This document shows, piece by piece, positions 8,560 through 19,472 of a stretch of DNA of 64,000 nt. The position numbers and the translations under genes are program-made. The notes under the pieces are model-generated. The model ran no database searches and was not told where the DNA came from. It saw only the letters and a list, made by a program, of their open reading frames with translations. Position 1 is the stretch's first letter. The number at the start of each line of letters is the position of its first letter. Source of the stretch: an uncultured Planctomycetota bacterium (GTDB lineage: Bacteria; Planctomycetota; Planctomycetia; Isosphaerales; Isosphaeraceae); NCBI GenBank assembly GCA_963737655.1, contig CAVTTN010000002.1, positions 6,688,001 to 6,752,000 on the forward strand, given 5' to 3'.

Positions 8560-11521
8560 ATGGCCGACACGATGCGGATCGGGATCGCGCTGATGCTCGG
8601 GATGCTCCTCGTCGCCTCGACCGCCGCCGGGGCCGACCCGTCGCCCCTGGACTCGGGGCCGATCGCCGAGCGGTTCCGCGACGAGGTCCGGCCGTTCCTG
8701 AACACCTACTGCCTCAAGTGCCACTCGGCCGAGAAGCCCAAGGGGGACATGGACCTCTCGGCCTTCGACTCGCCCGCGAAGGTGGCCGCCGACCTCGCCC
8801 GCTGGGAGCTTGTCCTGGAACAGCTCGAAGGCAAGACGATGCCTCCGGCCGAGGCGAAGCTCCACCCGCCGGACTCGGCCCGGAGCGGCGTGATCGCCTG
8901 GGTCCGCGCCGTTCGCAAGGCCGAGGCCGACCGAAACGCGGGCGATCCCGGCTCGGTCCCGGCTCGGCGGTTGAGCAACGCCGAATATGACTACACGATC
9001 CGAGACCTCACCGGCCAGGACATCCGACCGACCCGCGAGTTCCCCGTCGATCCGGCGAATGAGGCGGGCTTCGACAACTCGGCCGAGTCCCTGACCGTCT
9101 CGCCCTCGCTCGTGAAGAAGTACCTGGAGGCCGCCCGGAAGGTCGCCGATCACGTCGTCTTGAGGCCCGACGGCCTGGACTTCGCCGCCCACCCCGTCGT
9201 CGCCGATACCGATCGCGACAAGTACAGCGTCCGCCGGATCATCGATTTCTACAAGAGTCAGAAGCTCGACCTCGGCGACTTCGTCTTCGCCGCCTGGCAA
9301 TTCCGGAATCGCGAGGCGCTCGGCAAGCCCTCGGCGACCCTGGACGACCTCGCCGCCGATCGCGGGATCAGCCCGAAGTACCTCAAGACGGTCTGGGCGA
9401 TCCTGAATGATCCTACGGCCGATTCCGGGCCGATCGCGGCATTGCAAGCGATGTGGATCGACCTCCCCGGGCCGACCGAGCCGGGCCTGGCCTTCCTCGG
9501 ATGCGAACGGATCGGCGGGTTCCTGAAGGAGCTTCGCCTGAAGCTCTCGCCCGAGGTCAAGAACCTCCGGGTCCGGGGGATGGGGGACGGGTCCCAGCCT
9601 CTTGTCCTGTGGAAGAACGGCCAGTTCGCCGCCACTCGCCGGCGATACGTCGGGACCGCCGCCCAGGTGAAGCCCGACGACCTCTCCGCGGGCACCTCGG
9701 GCGACCGCCGGATGGCGTTGCCCGCCGATCCCGAGTCCTTGAAGCGGGCCGAGCCGGATTTCCATCGCTTCTGCTCCGTCTTCCCGGACGCCTTCCTCGT
9801 CTCCGAGAGGGCCCGGGTCTTCCTCGACCCGAAGGCCGACAAGGACAACACCGGACGCCTCCTGAGCGCCGGTTTCCACAGCATGACGGGCTACTATCGC
9901 GACGATGCGCCGCTCTCCGAGTTGATCCTCGACGAGGCCGGGCGGGCGGAGCTCGATCGACTCTGGATTGACTTCGACGTGGTGACCGGGGCCCCGGCCC
10001 GCCAGTATTCCAGCTTCCTCTGGTTCGAGAGGGCCGAGACCCGGTTCCTCTCCGGCACGGAATTCGACTTCGCCCGCGCCGAGGACAAATCCGCGAATTC
10101 CGAGCCGATGATGGCCCGTTTCGCCGCCGTTTATCTCGCCAAGGCCGAGAAGAACGGCGGGAGCGAGGAAGCCCTGAAGGCCATCCGCGACTTCTTCGCC
10201 ACGATCTCCGGCCAGCTTCGCCGGGTCGAGCGGACGAAGCTCGAAGCCGAGCCCCGGCACCTTGAGGCCCTCCGCAAACTGGCCGAGAGGGCCTATCGCC
10301 GACCGCTCTCGAAGGCCGAATCCGACGGCGTGGAGCGGTTCTATCGCATCCTCCGCGACGAGGACGGCCTTTCCCACGAGGACGCCGTTCGCGACTCGGT
10401 CGTCGGCATCCTGATGTCGCCGCACTACCTCTACCGGGTCGATCTGCCGTCGCAAGGCACGGGAGTCCGGCCCCGGTCGGATCACGACCTGGCGAGCCGA
10501 TTGAGCTATTTCCTCTGGTCGAGCCTGCCGGACGACGAGTTGCTCGCCCTCGCCGCGAAGGGCGAATTGCACCGGCCCGACGTCCTCGCCAGGCAAGCCC
10601 GGAGGATGCTCCGGGACGACCGCGCCCGGGCCCTGGCCGTCGAGTTCGGCGGCAACTGGCTGGATTTCCGCCGATTCGAGGAACACAACAGCGTCGATCG
10701 CGGCCGGTTCCCCGCGTTCAATGACACCTTGCGCCAGTCCATGTTCGAGGAGCCGATCCGCTTCGTCGTCGATCTGATGAGGCGAGACGGTTCCCTCGAC
10801 GAGTTCCTCGACGGCACCCACACGTTCGTGAACGCGCCCCTGGCCCGACACTACGGGATGCCCATGCCGCCGGCCGGTGCCGACGGCTGGGGCCGCATCG
10901 ACGACGCGAGGCCGTTCGGCCGGGGCGGCCTGTTGCCGATGGCCGTCTTCCTGACGAAGAACTCGCCCGGCCTGCGGACCAGCCCGGTCAAGCGAGGGTA
11001 CTGGGTCGTCAAGAGGCTCCTCGGCGAGAACATCCCTCCCCCTCCGGCGAACGTCCCCGAGCTCCCGGCCGACGAATCGAAGCTCGGCGACCTGACCTTG
11101 CGCGAAGCGCTGGCCCGCCATCGCGCCGATCAGAGCTGCGCGGGCTGTCATGAGCGGTTCGACGCGGTCGGCCTGGCCTTCGAGGGGTTCGGGCCGGTCG
11201 GCGAGTCGAGGAAGCTGGACCTCGGCGGCCATCCGGTGGACGTCCGCGCGACCTTCCCGGGCGGGATGGAGGGGCTCGGGGGTGGAAGGGCTTCGCGACT
11301 ACCTCCGCGACCGCCGCCGCGAGGACTTCGCCGACAACCTCTGCCGAAAATTGCTCGCCTACGGCCTCGGCCGGACCCTGATCCCCTCCGATGACGCCAC
11401 GATCGCCGCGATGAAGTCCCGAGCCGCCTCCGAAGGGGGCCGATTCGGCGCCCTGATCGAGGCGATCGTCACCAGCCCGCAATTCCTGAACCGCCGGATC
11501 GACGCCGGACCCTCGGAGTGA
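8560..11521 (+). CDS. DUF1592-family protein (planctomycete PSD/PSCyt, cytochrome c motifs); frameshift near 11280
   Basis: Signal peptide, CLKCH and CAGCH motifs, RRLSNAEYDYTIRDL, LASRLSYFLWSSLPD, TSPVKRG. The C-terminus (KLLAYGLGR..IVTSPQF) continues in another frame after a G-run. Confidence 0.85.
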
Positions 11522-11529
11522 GGCCCCAG

Positions 11530-12858
11530 ATGAGCGAAACCAGCGCTTCGAGGCATTCGCGACGGACGTTCCTCCGGGGGGCGGGCGTGACGATGGCGCT
11601 GCCCTGGATGGAGTCGTTGCCGGTCTGGGGCGACACCACGCCGGCCGTCGATTCGGCGTTCCCCAAACGATTCGCCGCCCTGTTCATGGGCTGCGGAGTG
11701 AACCCCAACGGCTGGTGGGCGAAGGGCTCGGGCGCCTCGATGGAGCTCGGCCGATGCCTGGAACCTTTGGCGACATTGCGGAGCAAGATCAACGTCGTCA
11801 ACGGCCTGTTCAACAAGAACGCGCTGGGCGTGGGCATCCACCCGGGGCAGACCGGCAACATCCTCTCCGGCGCCGCCCTGCAGAAGGGGGCCGAGCTGAA
11901 GGGCGGGATCAGCGTCGATCAGGTCCTGGCGAACCACCTCGGCGATCAGACCGTCCAGCCGAGCCTGGTCCTGGGCTGCGAGCAGCCGATCACCGGGTAC
12001 CACGAGACGAATTTCTCGATGGCGTATAGCTCGCACATCTCCTGGCAGAGCGCCACCAGCCCCGTTCCGATGGAAGTCTACCCGTCCCTGGCGTTCGACA
12101 GCCTGTTCGACAACAAGGGCACGAGGCGAAACAAGAGCATCCTCGACCGCGTCCGCGACGAGGCGACGGACCTGGGCCGAAAAGTCTCGGCCGGGGACCG
12201 CGCGAAGCTGGAGGAGTACCTCACCAGCGTCCGGGAGGTCGAGAAGCGGGCGGCCTCGGCCCGCCAGGCGAAGGACCAGGCCGACGAGCGGGCCCGGGGC
12301 GGCAACACCCCGGCCCCGTCCATGCCCCGGCCCGACAACGGCTTGCCCGAGGACATCCGCGAACATATGCGGCTGATGGCCGACATCGTCGCCCTCGGCT
12401 TCCAGACCGACAAGACGAGGGTCGCCACGCTCCTCCTCTGCCGGGACATCTCGGGCCTCTTCTACCCGTTCCTCGACGTCCGGACGGCCCACCACGGCGC
12501 CTCCCACGACGACAAATCGGCGGCCTACGAGCGGGTCACGCGGTTCTACGTCGAGCAGCTCGCCTACCTCGCCTCCCGGCTCGACGCCATGCCCGAAGGG
12601 CAGGGGACCGTGCTCGATCATTCGTGCCTTCTGTTCACCAACAGCCTCTGGTCGGGCACGCAGCACGACGCGACCAAGCTGCCGGTGGTCCTCGCCGGAG
12701 GACTCGGCGGGACGATCGGGACCGGCCGGGTCCTGGACTATCGCGACAAGGGCAACGCCAACCGCAAGCTCTGCTCCATGTACCTCTCGATCCTCGACCG
12801 GATGGGCGTGAAGCTCGACCGCTTCGGCGACGCCGACGCCCGGCTGGCGGGGTTCTGA
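11530..12858 (+). CDS. DUF1552-family protein with Tat-like leader
   Basis: SRRTFLRGAGVTMALPWMESL, ISVDQ, DRAKLEEYLTSVREVE, TDKTRVAT; usual partner of DUF1592 genes. Confidence 0.9.
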   Translation: MSETSASRHSRRTFLRGAGVTMALPWMESLPVWGDTTPAVDSAFPKRFAALFMGCGVNPNGWWAKGSGASMELGRCLEPLATLRSKINVVNGLFNKNALGVGIHPGQTGNILSGAALQKGAELKGGISVDQVLANHLGDQTVQPSLVLGCEQPITGYHETNFSMAYSSHISWQSATSPVPMEVYPSLAFDSLFDNKGTRRNKSILDRVRDEATDLGRKVSAGDRAKLEEYLTSVREVEKRAASARQAKDQADERARGGNTPAPSMPRPDNGLPEDIREHMRLMADIVALGFQTDKTRVATLLLCRDISGLFYPFLDVRTAHHGASHDDKSAAYERVTRFYVEQLAYLASRLDAMPEGQGTVLDHSCLLFTNSLWSGTQHDATKLPVVLAGGLGGTIGTGRVLDYRDKGNANRKLCSMYLSILDRMGVKLDRFGDADARLAGF

Positions 12859-12886
12859 GATCGGGACGAGTTGCTGCTCCGGGTGG

Positions 12887-12910
12887 CATGCCCACGTCTT
12901 CGTGGGCATG
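12887..12910. terminator. Perfect 10-bp hairpin (terminator or REP-like) between convergent genes
   Basis: catgcccacg-tctt-cgtgggcatg. Confidence 0.5.
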
Positions 12911-12964
12911 TCTCCTCCCGAGCACCAAATCGAGGAGGATGGCGGGTCTCGTCCGCCGCCGGTT

Positions 12965-12985
12965 GGTGCATTTCATGCGCCCTAC
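12965..12985 (-). repeat. GTAG-type REP element overlapping the phosphodiesterase stop codon
   Basis: Minus strand GTAG-GGCGCAT-GAA-ATGCACC; 20/21 identical to 357-377. Confidence 0.7.
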
Positions 12986-14648
12986 AGGTATCCGAGATCC
13001 GCCAGGCGTTGCTGGATCGCGGCGTCTTCCTCTTCGGAGTACGCCACGCCGACGGGGGCGCCGGACGACGGAAGCGGCTCGGGCGATTCGGAGGCCGGCG
13101 GGGGGACGACCGCCGGGTCGAGGATCTCGTCGAGGACCCGACCGTCCATGTCTCCGGGCACCGGCACGCCCAGGAGGTGGAGGACCGTGGGCGCGATGTC
13201 CAGGAGCGTGGCCCCCTCGGGCCTGGAACCCGGGCGGAACGCCGGCCCGAGGCGATCAGGACCCCTTCCATCCGGTGGTCCCCCGTCGGGCCGAACGCCG
13301 GGGAGATCGTCTTGTGAGTGGTGAAGTCGTACAGGCCGATCGTCCGGTATTTCCAGTCCCCCAGGACCACCGTGAGGTCCGGCCCCAGATGCGCATGAGG
13401 CCCCGAATAGAGGTCGTCCCGCTCGAAGACCCGCTCGATCAGGGGGGCGCCGGTCTCGGGATGAGGGATCGCCAGGAGACGGGCCTTGAGGTCGTCCAGG
13501 ACGCTCCGGGCGTCGGCCGGCTCGACGCATCCCCGGGGCTGTCGGCCCTTCAAATTCAGGAAGATCTGGCCGAAGTTCCCCTGGGCATAGGCCCTGGTTC
13601 GTGACCAGTCGATATGCCGTCGAGAGAGGAACGAGGCGTCGGCCAGACGGTCGAGCCAGTTCATCTGCTTCCCTCGGAAGCGATCGACCCGGTTCTTCGC
13701 CAGCCCGAACTTGCTGATCAGCCCATAAAACCATTCGGGGGTGACCCCGCGGTCCCAGAACCAGCGCTTCTGCTTCACGTAGAGCGAATCCTGGAGCGCG
13801 ATGAAGCCCTGCTCCAGCAGCCAGACGTTGAAATTCACGTACTGTTCGATCGGCCCGAAGCCGTGGTCGCTCATCAGGATCAGGGCGGTCCCCGGCGGCA
13901 GCGCGGCCTCGATCTCGCCGATCCCCCGGTCCAGCCGTTCCCAGAACGCGCGGAACCCCTCGCGGACGGCCGAGAGGTCCCGCCCCCTGGCCTTCGCATG
14001 AGACGGGTCCCACGCATGCCAGAGCTCGTGCTGGATGCGGTCGGTGGCCATCAGGTCGAACATGAACAGGTCCCACGGACACCGATCCATGAGGAACCGG
14101 ACGGCCTTCAGGTGGTGGTCGAGGAAGTCGGTCAGATCGGCCAGAGCCGCCGGCTCCTTGCCGCCGTCGTGGACGGCCGCCGACCACGGCCGATAGGGCG
14201 TCCCGAGGGCCTGTTCCAGCTCCGCGAGCAAGGCCGGGTCGCTCGAAAAATCCTTCGCGCCGGCCGGGCTCAGGAAGTCGCCGAGATAGAAGCCCGGGGC
14301 CTTCCGGGGCGGGTAGCTCATCGGGACGCCGCCGGCCACCGTCGTCTTGCCATGACGCCCGGCGATCTCCCAGACCAGCTCCGCCTGGATCGCCCGGGAC
14401 GAATTGACGCGCCCGCCCATCGGGTCATGGCCGAATTCGAGGAACTCGAACACCCCATGCTTCCCCGAGTTCTTCCCCGTCATCACGCCGGTCCAGGCCA
14501 CCGGGCTCAGAGGCGGGAACACCGAACCCAGCAATCCCGACGCCCCAGCCGCTCGGAGCCGGGCCAGGTTCGGCAGCGACCCGGCCTCGATCAAGGGAGC
14601 CAGGATGTCCCAGGTGGCCCCATCCAGGCCCAGTACAAAGACCTTCAT
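12982..14648 (-). CDS. Alkaline phosphatase superfamily / nucleotide pyrophosphatase-phosphodiesterase; frameshift near 13250
   Basis: MKVFVLGLDGATW, SPVAWT..TGKN..KHG, DRIQH, SDHGFG, GDHR. The tail (LLDIAPTVL..RLADLGYL) lies in another frame. Confidence 0.85.
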
Positions 14649-14944
14649 CCATCCGCCCTCACATGCTTCAACAACCTCGCCACCGACCCGACGCCCGGCT
14701 CCGAGTGTACTCCAACGGCGCGAAACCTGTAAGGTCGGACGGACCCCACCGATCGCCCTGACCCACACTTCTTGCGCCTCGTCGTGCCATCAACTTCGAC
14801 GGTCTTGCCTTATCCCTAAGCAAGACCTCCCGGGCCGCAAGATCGCCGACCCTTCGCCTCAGCCTGGCAGATTTTTCGCAAGTCCTTGGCTTATGAGTAG
14901 TTAGTATCAAAGCCCTGGATCAGTTCTAGGCATTTTTCGCACAC

Positions 14945-14960
14945 TGGCACGTCTCCTGCT
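14945..14960 (+). promoter_or_regulatory. Sigma54 (-24/-12) promoter
   Basis: TGGCACGtctcCTGCT: GG 14946-47 and GC 14958-59 separated by exactly 10 nt; AT-rich IHF-like tract (tatcaaagccctg) upstream. Confidence 0.7.
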
Positions 14961-14970
14961 TTATTCCTAT

Positions 14971-15081
14971 TTCGTGAATCGCGGGTGACCGCGAGACGGT
15001 CTTCCGGGACCGATTGAATCACGAGCAAGCGTCGTTCTCCCTGGCTGTGCCCGGCTCCCTCGGGGGGAGCCGGGCTTTTTT
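14971..15081 (+). ncRNA. Candidate ~110-nt structured small RNA
   Basis: Starts at the predicted sigma54 +1; closing stem tcgtga/tcacga encloses hairpins gcgg-gtga-ccgc and cggtc-ttccgg-gaccg; ends in an intrinsic terminator; no credible ORF. Confidence 0.6.
15049..15081 (+). terminator. Rho-independent terminator
   Basis: gcccggctccc-tcggg-gggagccgggc (11-bp perfect stem) followed by T6. Confidence 0.9.
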
Positions 15082-15129
15082 CGTTATTGCCCTGCGCCAT
15101 AACGGTTACAAGAATGGAGGTGAACCCCG

Positions 15130-15150
15130 GGGCACACAAAGGGCACACAA
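15130..15150 (+). repeat. Tandem GGGCACACAA repeats (putative integrase arm-type sites)
   Basis: Exact 10-mers at 15130-15139 and 15141-15150 at the integrase start; inverted TGTGCCC at 15046-15052. Confidence 0.5.
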
Positions 15151-15905
15151 TGCGGCGGTCCAACTCGAGTCCCTTCTGGCGCGAATCCAAGGGCGCCTTC
15201 TACTGCTGGATCGACGGCCACCAGCGGTCCCTGGGCAAGACCAGGCGGGCGGCGGACGCCCGGTACCGCGAACTCCTGGCCGACCGCGAAAAGCTGGCCG
15301 CCCGGCGGCCCTGGACGGTCCGCGAGTGCTTCGACCACTACCTCGAGCACGCCGCCACCCTCAAGCCCAACTCGTTCCGCAATCGCAGGCAGGCCCTCGA
15401 CCGCTTCTGCGCCGAGGCCGTGGTCGGGCGGCTGCCCTATTACGACCTGACGGTCGACCACCTCGAGGCCTGGGTCCGGCGGCACCCCGGCTGGTCCGCC
15501 TCGATGCGGCGGACCTGCATCGATCACGTCATGGCGGCCTTCAACCACTGCCTGAAGCGGAAGAAGATCCGCGAGAACCCGGTCCTCGGGGTGGAGAAGC
15601 CCCGGTGGGAGCGGCGCAAGGCCGTCCTCGGCGCCGAGGACGAGCGGAAGGTCCACGAGGCCGCGAAGGGGGAGTTCCGGGACATCCTGACGGCCCTCCG
15701 CGAGACCGGGGCCCGGCCCGGCGAGCTCTGCTCGGCCCGGGTCGAGCACTACGCCAAGGGCGTGATCACCCTGTCCGAGCACAAGGAAGACGCCTCGGGC
15801 GAGCCCCGGACGATCTACCTGAGCGACGCGATCGCGGCCCTGGTGGAGCGCCGGATCGCCGGGCGGGCCGAAGGCCCGATCTTCCTCAACGACCGGGGCA
15901 AGCAG
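15150..15905 (+). pseudogene. Tyrosine recombinase/integrase, C-terminally truncated
   Basis: N-terminal arm-like region, AAFNH..IRENP, catalytic box I 'ETGARPGEL', 'KEDASGEPRTIYL', 'PIFLNDRGK'. HxxR and catalytic Tyr regions are missing. Confidence 0.85.
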
Positions 15906-15977
15906 TCTGGCCGGGCGGCGACCACTCCGACGACTCGGGGTCCGTGCGGCGGAGCCGGCCTCGGCGCGGGCCGCCTA

Positions 15978-17134
15978 GTGCAGATTCAAGGCTGATCCTT
16001 TTCGAAGGCATCGTCGTAGAGAGGGTATGAAGCCACCCCTGTTCGTCCGCCCGTTGTCCCCCGAGGAGCACCGGGCCCTTAGGGACGGCCTGCGCTCCCC
16101 CTCGGCCTTCACCCTGCGGCGCTCCCAGATCCTCCTGGCCAGCGCCGAGGGGCTCAAGCCCGCCCTGATCGGCGCCCGGCTCGGCGGCTCGGCGCAGACC
16201 GCCCGCAACGCTATCCGCGCCTTCCACGCCATCGGCACCGACTGCCTCAACGAGGGCTCGCATCGCCCCAGGTCCGCCCGGCCGGAGATCGACGACGCCG
16301 GGTGCGAGCGGCTGCGGGCCCTGCTGCACCGCAGCCCCCGCGACTTCGGCAAGCCGACCTCGCTCTGGACGCTGGCCCTGGCCGCCGAGGTCGCCTTCGC
16401 CGAGGGCCTGACCGCGCGGCCGGTCAGCGGCGAGACGATCCGCCAGGCCCTGAGGCGCCTCGGAGCCGGCTGGGAGCGGGCCAAGGCCTGGATCACCAGC
16501 CCCGACCCGGCGTACCTGCGAAAAGAAACGCGCGCGACCGGCTGATCCGCCTGGCGGCGTCGCACCCCGACTGGGTGCTCGGCTTCCAGGACGAGGTCTG
16601 GTGGAGCCGGCTGGCCCGGCCGGCGCTGCATGCCTGGGCCGGCGGCCAGCCGCGGCGGCTGCGCGAGCCGGCGGCCGACGCCGCCGACACCGACCCGAAG
16701 GCGCCGGCCTGCTACGGGCTGCTGCGCGGCGACACCGGCGGGATGCTGCTGCGGTTCGTCCGGGGCCGGCCGGTCAGCCAGGTGACCGAGGACTTCCTGG
16801 CCTGGGCCTGCACGCGGCTGCCGGCCGAGGGGAAGCGTGCGCCGTTGCTGGTCTGGGACAACGCCGCCTGGCATGTCAGCGCGCGGGCGAGGGCCTGGAT
16901 CAAGGCGCACAACCGCCGGGCGAAGGCCGAGGGCGGGGTGCGGATCATCGCCTGCTACCTGCCGGTGAAGGCGCCGTGGCTCAACGCGATCGAGCCGAAG
17001 TGGGTGCATGGCAAGCGCGCGATCATCGAGCCGGACCGCAAGCTGACAGCGGCCGAGGTCATGGAGCGGGTCTGCGGCTACTACGGTTGCGAGCAACTCG
17101 ATCGACTCACACAACAAGCCGCTTGAAAATGCAC
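15978..17134 (+). mobile_element. IS630-family insertion sequence
   Basis: Imperfect terminal IRs (GTGCAgaTTCAAG / GTGCAttTTCAAG), TA on both sides (15976-77, 17135-36) in a CTAG context. Confidence 0.9.
16027..17126 (+). CDS. IS630 transposase split in two frames (HTH 16027-16545; DDE to 17126)
   Basis: SPRDFG..WT HTH; FQDEVW, VWDNAAWH, APWLNAIE triad; -1 junction at aaaagaaa (16521-16528). Confidence 0.85.
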
Positions 17135-17136
17135 TA

Positions 17137-17260
17137 GGTCTTCCTCCTCCCGATGCGAGAAGTCCGCGGCCCGGCCCTGGGCCGGGCCATGGTCCACGTC
17201 GTCGACCGCGAGGCCGACTCCGTCGCCCACCGGCGGCAGTGGTCGGCCGACGGCACCTGG
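17137..17260 (+). pseudogene. IS4-like transposase fragment interrupted by the IS630
   Basis: VHVVDREADSVAHRRQW carries the IS4/Tn5-type 'DREAD' motif; the fragment probably continues at ~15906-15975 left of the IS630. Confidence 0.55.
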
Positions 17261-17994
17261 CCCTGGTCTTTGCCGAGGGCTGCAAGATCCTTCGGAAGGA
17301 CGAGGCGGCGGCCGAGCACGCCCTCGAGGATCGATACGGTGCGGCCCTCGCCGACCCCCGGCCGTCGACGACCCCCGGGGAGGAGGCAGGGTGTCCGGCC
17401 GGGCCCGCTGCCCTGCCCTCCCGACCCGCGAGGAGCGATCACCGATCCGCGCGGGTCGGGGGCCGAGATCGGGCGTCCGTCGCGAGGGATCCCCGGTTGA
17501 GAGGCCGTCCCCCCGCGTCGGTCACGCCGTTCGGGGCGTCGGCCGGGCCTTCCGATCGGCCGTGGCGGACGCCATCGGGGTGGACTCCCCCGGCCCATCT
17601 CCCCGCGATGAAGCCCTGGGACCCCGAGGCCCCTCCTCGGTCGACGAGGGATCCCGGCGGTGGCTGGCGGCGGTCCCCGGACCGACTCGGTGTCGACGAC
17701 CCGACCGCGTCGAGCGGGGCGGATCTCCGTCCGGGTTACGATCCCCAGGGCGGCCGGCCACTCGTCGCCCTTCGGAGGCCGCCGTCGACGGCGTCTCCTC
17801 CCCCCTCCTCGCTCTTTCGGGGTCCGGGACGAGCCACGACGAGGGACCCCGCGGCGGCAGGGCGGCCCCTTCGGATGTTTCGTAGGACGGCGAACTGGGA
17901 AGTAACCGGCCGGCGACGCGGGGGCCTCGCGAGCCGGTGACGATGGACGCGGCCCGGGTGGGCCGGGCAAGAACCCAAATGAGGAGGTCCAGCC

Positions 17995-18477
17995 ATGGCG
18001 ATGAAGGACGAGGGGCCGATCGGGCCCGAAGGCGACCTGCCCGCGGAGGTCGCGGCGGCCCTGGCGGGCGTCGATCGCGCGATCGGCCGGCTCGTCAAGC
18101 TCCTGGCGACCGGCGACCCGGCCACGCTGGCCGGGGCGTTGGGGGTCATCGAGCGGCCGGGCACGGCGACGATCCCGGCCCTGGCCTCGGCCCTGCGGCG
18201 GGCGACGCCCGACCAGGGCCTGATCATCATCGCCCTGCTGCACGTGCTGGAGGCCCCCCTGGGCGGCCCGGCCGGCCGGGCCCTGGTGGAGGTCGTCCGC
18301 AGGCCCCGCGTCCCGGAGATGCGGACCCTGGCCCAGATGACCATCTCGGCCAGGAAGATGGCCGAGCTGAAGGCGGCCGCATCCGCGACGCTGCCGGTCG
18401 CCGACGGCCCCGCCTCGCCGTCGCGGCCCGGCCGGCCGCGACGCCGCCCCCGCGCGACCCCGGCCGACCCCGCCTGA
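17995..18477 (+). CDS. Hypothetical protein
   Basis: GAGGAGG RBS, GC3-biased helical ORF. Confidence 0.55.
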   Translation: MAMKDEGPIGPEGDLPAEVAAALAGVDRAIGRLVKLLATGDPATLAGALGVIERPGTATIPALASALRRATPDQGLIIIALLHVLEAPLGGPAGRALVEVVRRPRVPEMRTLAQMTISARKMAELKAAASATLPVADGPASPSRPGRPRRRPRATPADPA

Positions 18478-18565
18478 GGGGCCACGCCCGGGGGATCGCG
18501 CCGGCCCTCCCCCCGGGTCATCCCCCCGAACCCCCGACCGTGCGGCCCCCCGAGCGGAGGTGACG

Positions 18566-19138
18566 ATGAGCCCTGACCCCGACCCCTCGATGGACGCCGT
18601 CGGCGACGCGGCCGATTGCCCGACGCCCGAGCCGCCCGACGCCCCGGCCGGGGACGGCCCCGGGACCCAGGCGGGCCTCCTGCGCCGCCAGCTCGCCGGC
18701 CTGGACCTCCACGGCGCCTCGGGCCTCCGGCCGCTGATCGAGGTCGACGACTTCGTCGCCTACCTCGACGGCGCGGCCCGCGACGCCGGCGGGCCGGCCG
18801 ACCCGGTGGAGCGGATGCTCCTGGAACAGATGGTGGCCGCCCATCACGCCGTCGGGCGGGTGCTGGTGGAGGCCGCCAGCACGCGGGCGGTGGAGGCGGC
18901 GACGGCCTACCTCGGCGCCGCGGCCCGGCTGATGGCCGAGCACCGCGAGACGGCCCTGGCCCTGAGGGAGTACCGCTCCGCCGGGGCCGCCGGCCTCGCC
19001 CGCCCGGGCCAGGGCGACCCCCGCGTCGCGGCCGCCGGCCCGGAGGCCCTCGGGCCCCGGCTGGTGGAGGCCGGCGGGACCGACGGGCCGCCCGCTTCGA
19101 GGGGGGTGGGCCGTGGCCGAGCCGGCCGGGCCGCCTGA
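18566..19138 (+). CDS. Hypothetical protein (mobile-element associated type)
   Basis: GGAGG RBS; DPVERMLLEQMVAAHH...RLMAEHRETALALREYR. Confidence 0.6.
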   Translation: MSPDPDPSMDAVGDAADCPTPEPPDAPAGDGPGTQAGLLRRQLAGLDLHGASGLRPLIEVDDFVAYLDGAARDAGGPADPVERMLLEQMVAAHHAVGRVLVEAASTRAVEAATAYLGAAARLMAEHRETALALREYRSAGAAGLARPGQGDPRVAAAGPEALGPRLVEAGGTDGPPASRGVGRGRAGRAA

Positions 19139-19472
19139 GCCGCCCAGGGTCCGGGCCGGGCGGAGGAACCGGGCGCTGCGGGTGGGGCTGACGCCCGGGG
19201 GCCGGGAACGCCTGCGGGAGGCCGCCCGGGCGGGCCGGCCGTGGGAGCACGCCACCGGGCCGAGGACGGCCGAGGGCAAGGCCCGCTCGGCGGCGAACGG
19301 CCGGGCCGGGCAGTCGGGCGAGGCCTCCGCCCGCGGCCTCCGCGCCGAGCTCGCCGGGGTCCGGGCGCTGCTGGCCCGGATGCGCGAGGCCCGCCGCCAC
19401 CTGGCCCCGGCGCCCGGGCCGCGAGCCGACGACGACCGGCCGATCGCGGCCGAGGGCGCCCCCGAGGCCTGA
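19113..19472 (+). CDS. Small protein with 'TGPRTAEGKARS' motif
   Basis: PWEHATGPRTAEGKARSAAN resembles HGGxSTG/TGPRT small proteins recalled from integrated elements. Confidence 0.6.
   Translation: MAEPAGPPEPPRVRAGRRNRALRVGLTPGGRERLREAARAGRPWEHATGPRTAEGKARSAANGRAGQSGEASARGLRAELAGVRALLARMREARRHLAPAPGPRADDDRPIAAEGAPEA

Noticed and set aside
14971..15081. tRNA or tmRNA as the integration target
   Set aside because: No cloverleaf, T-loop GTTCRA or CCA end.
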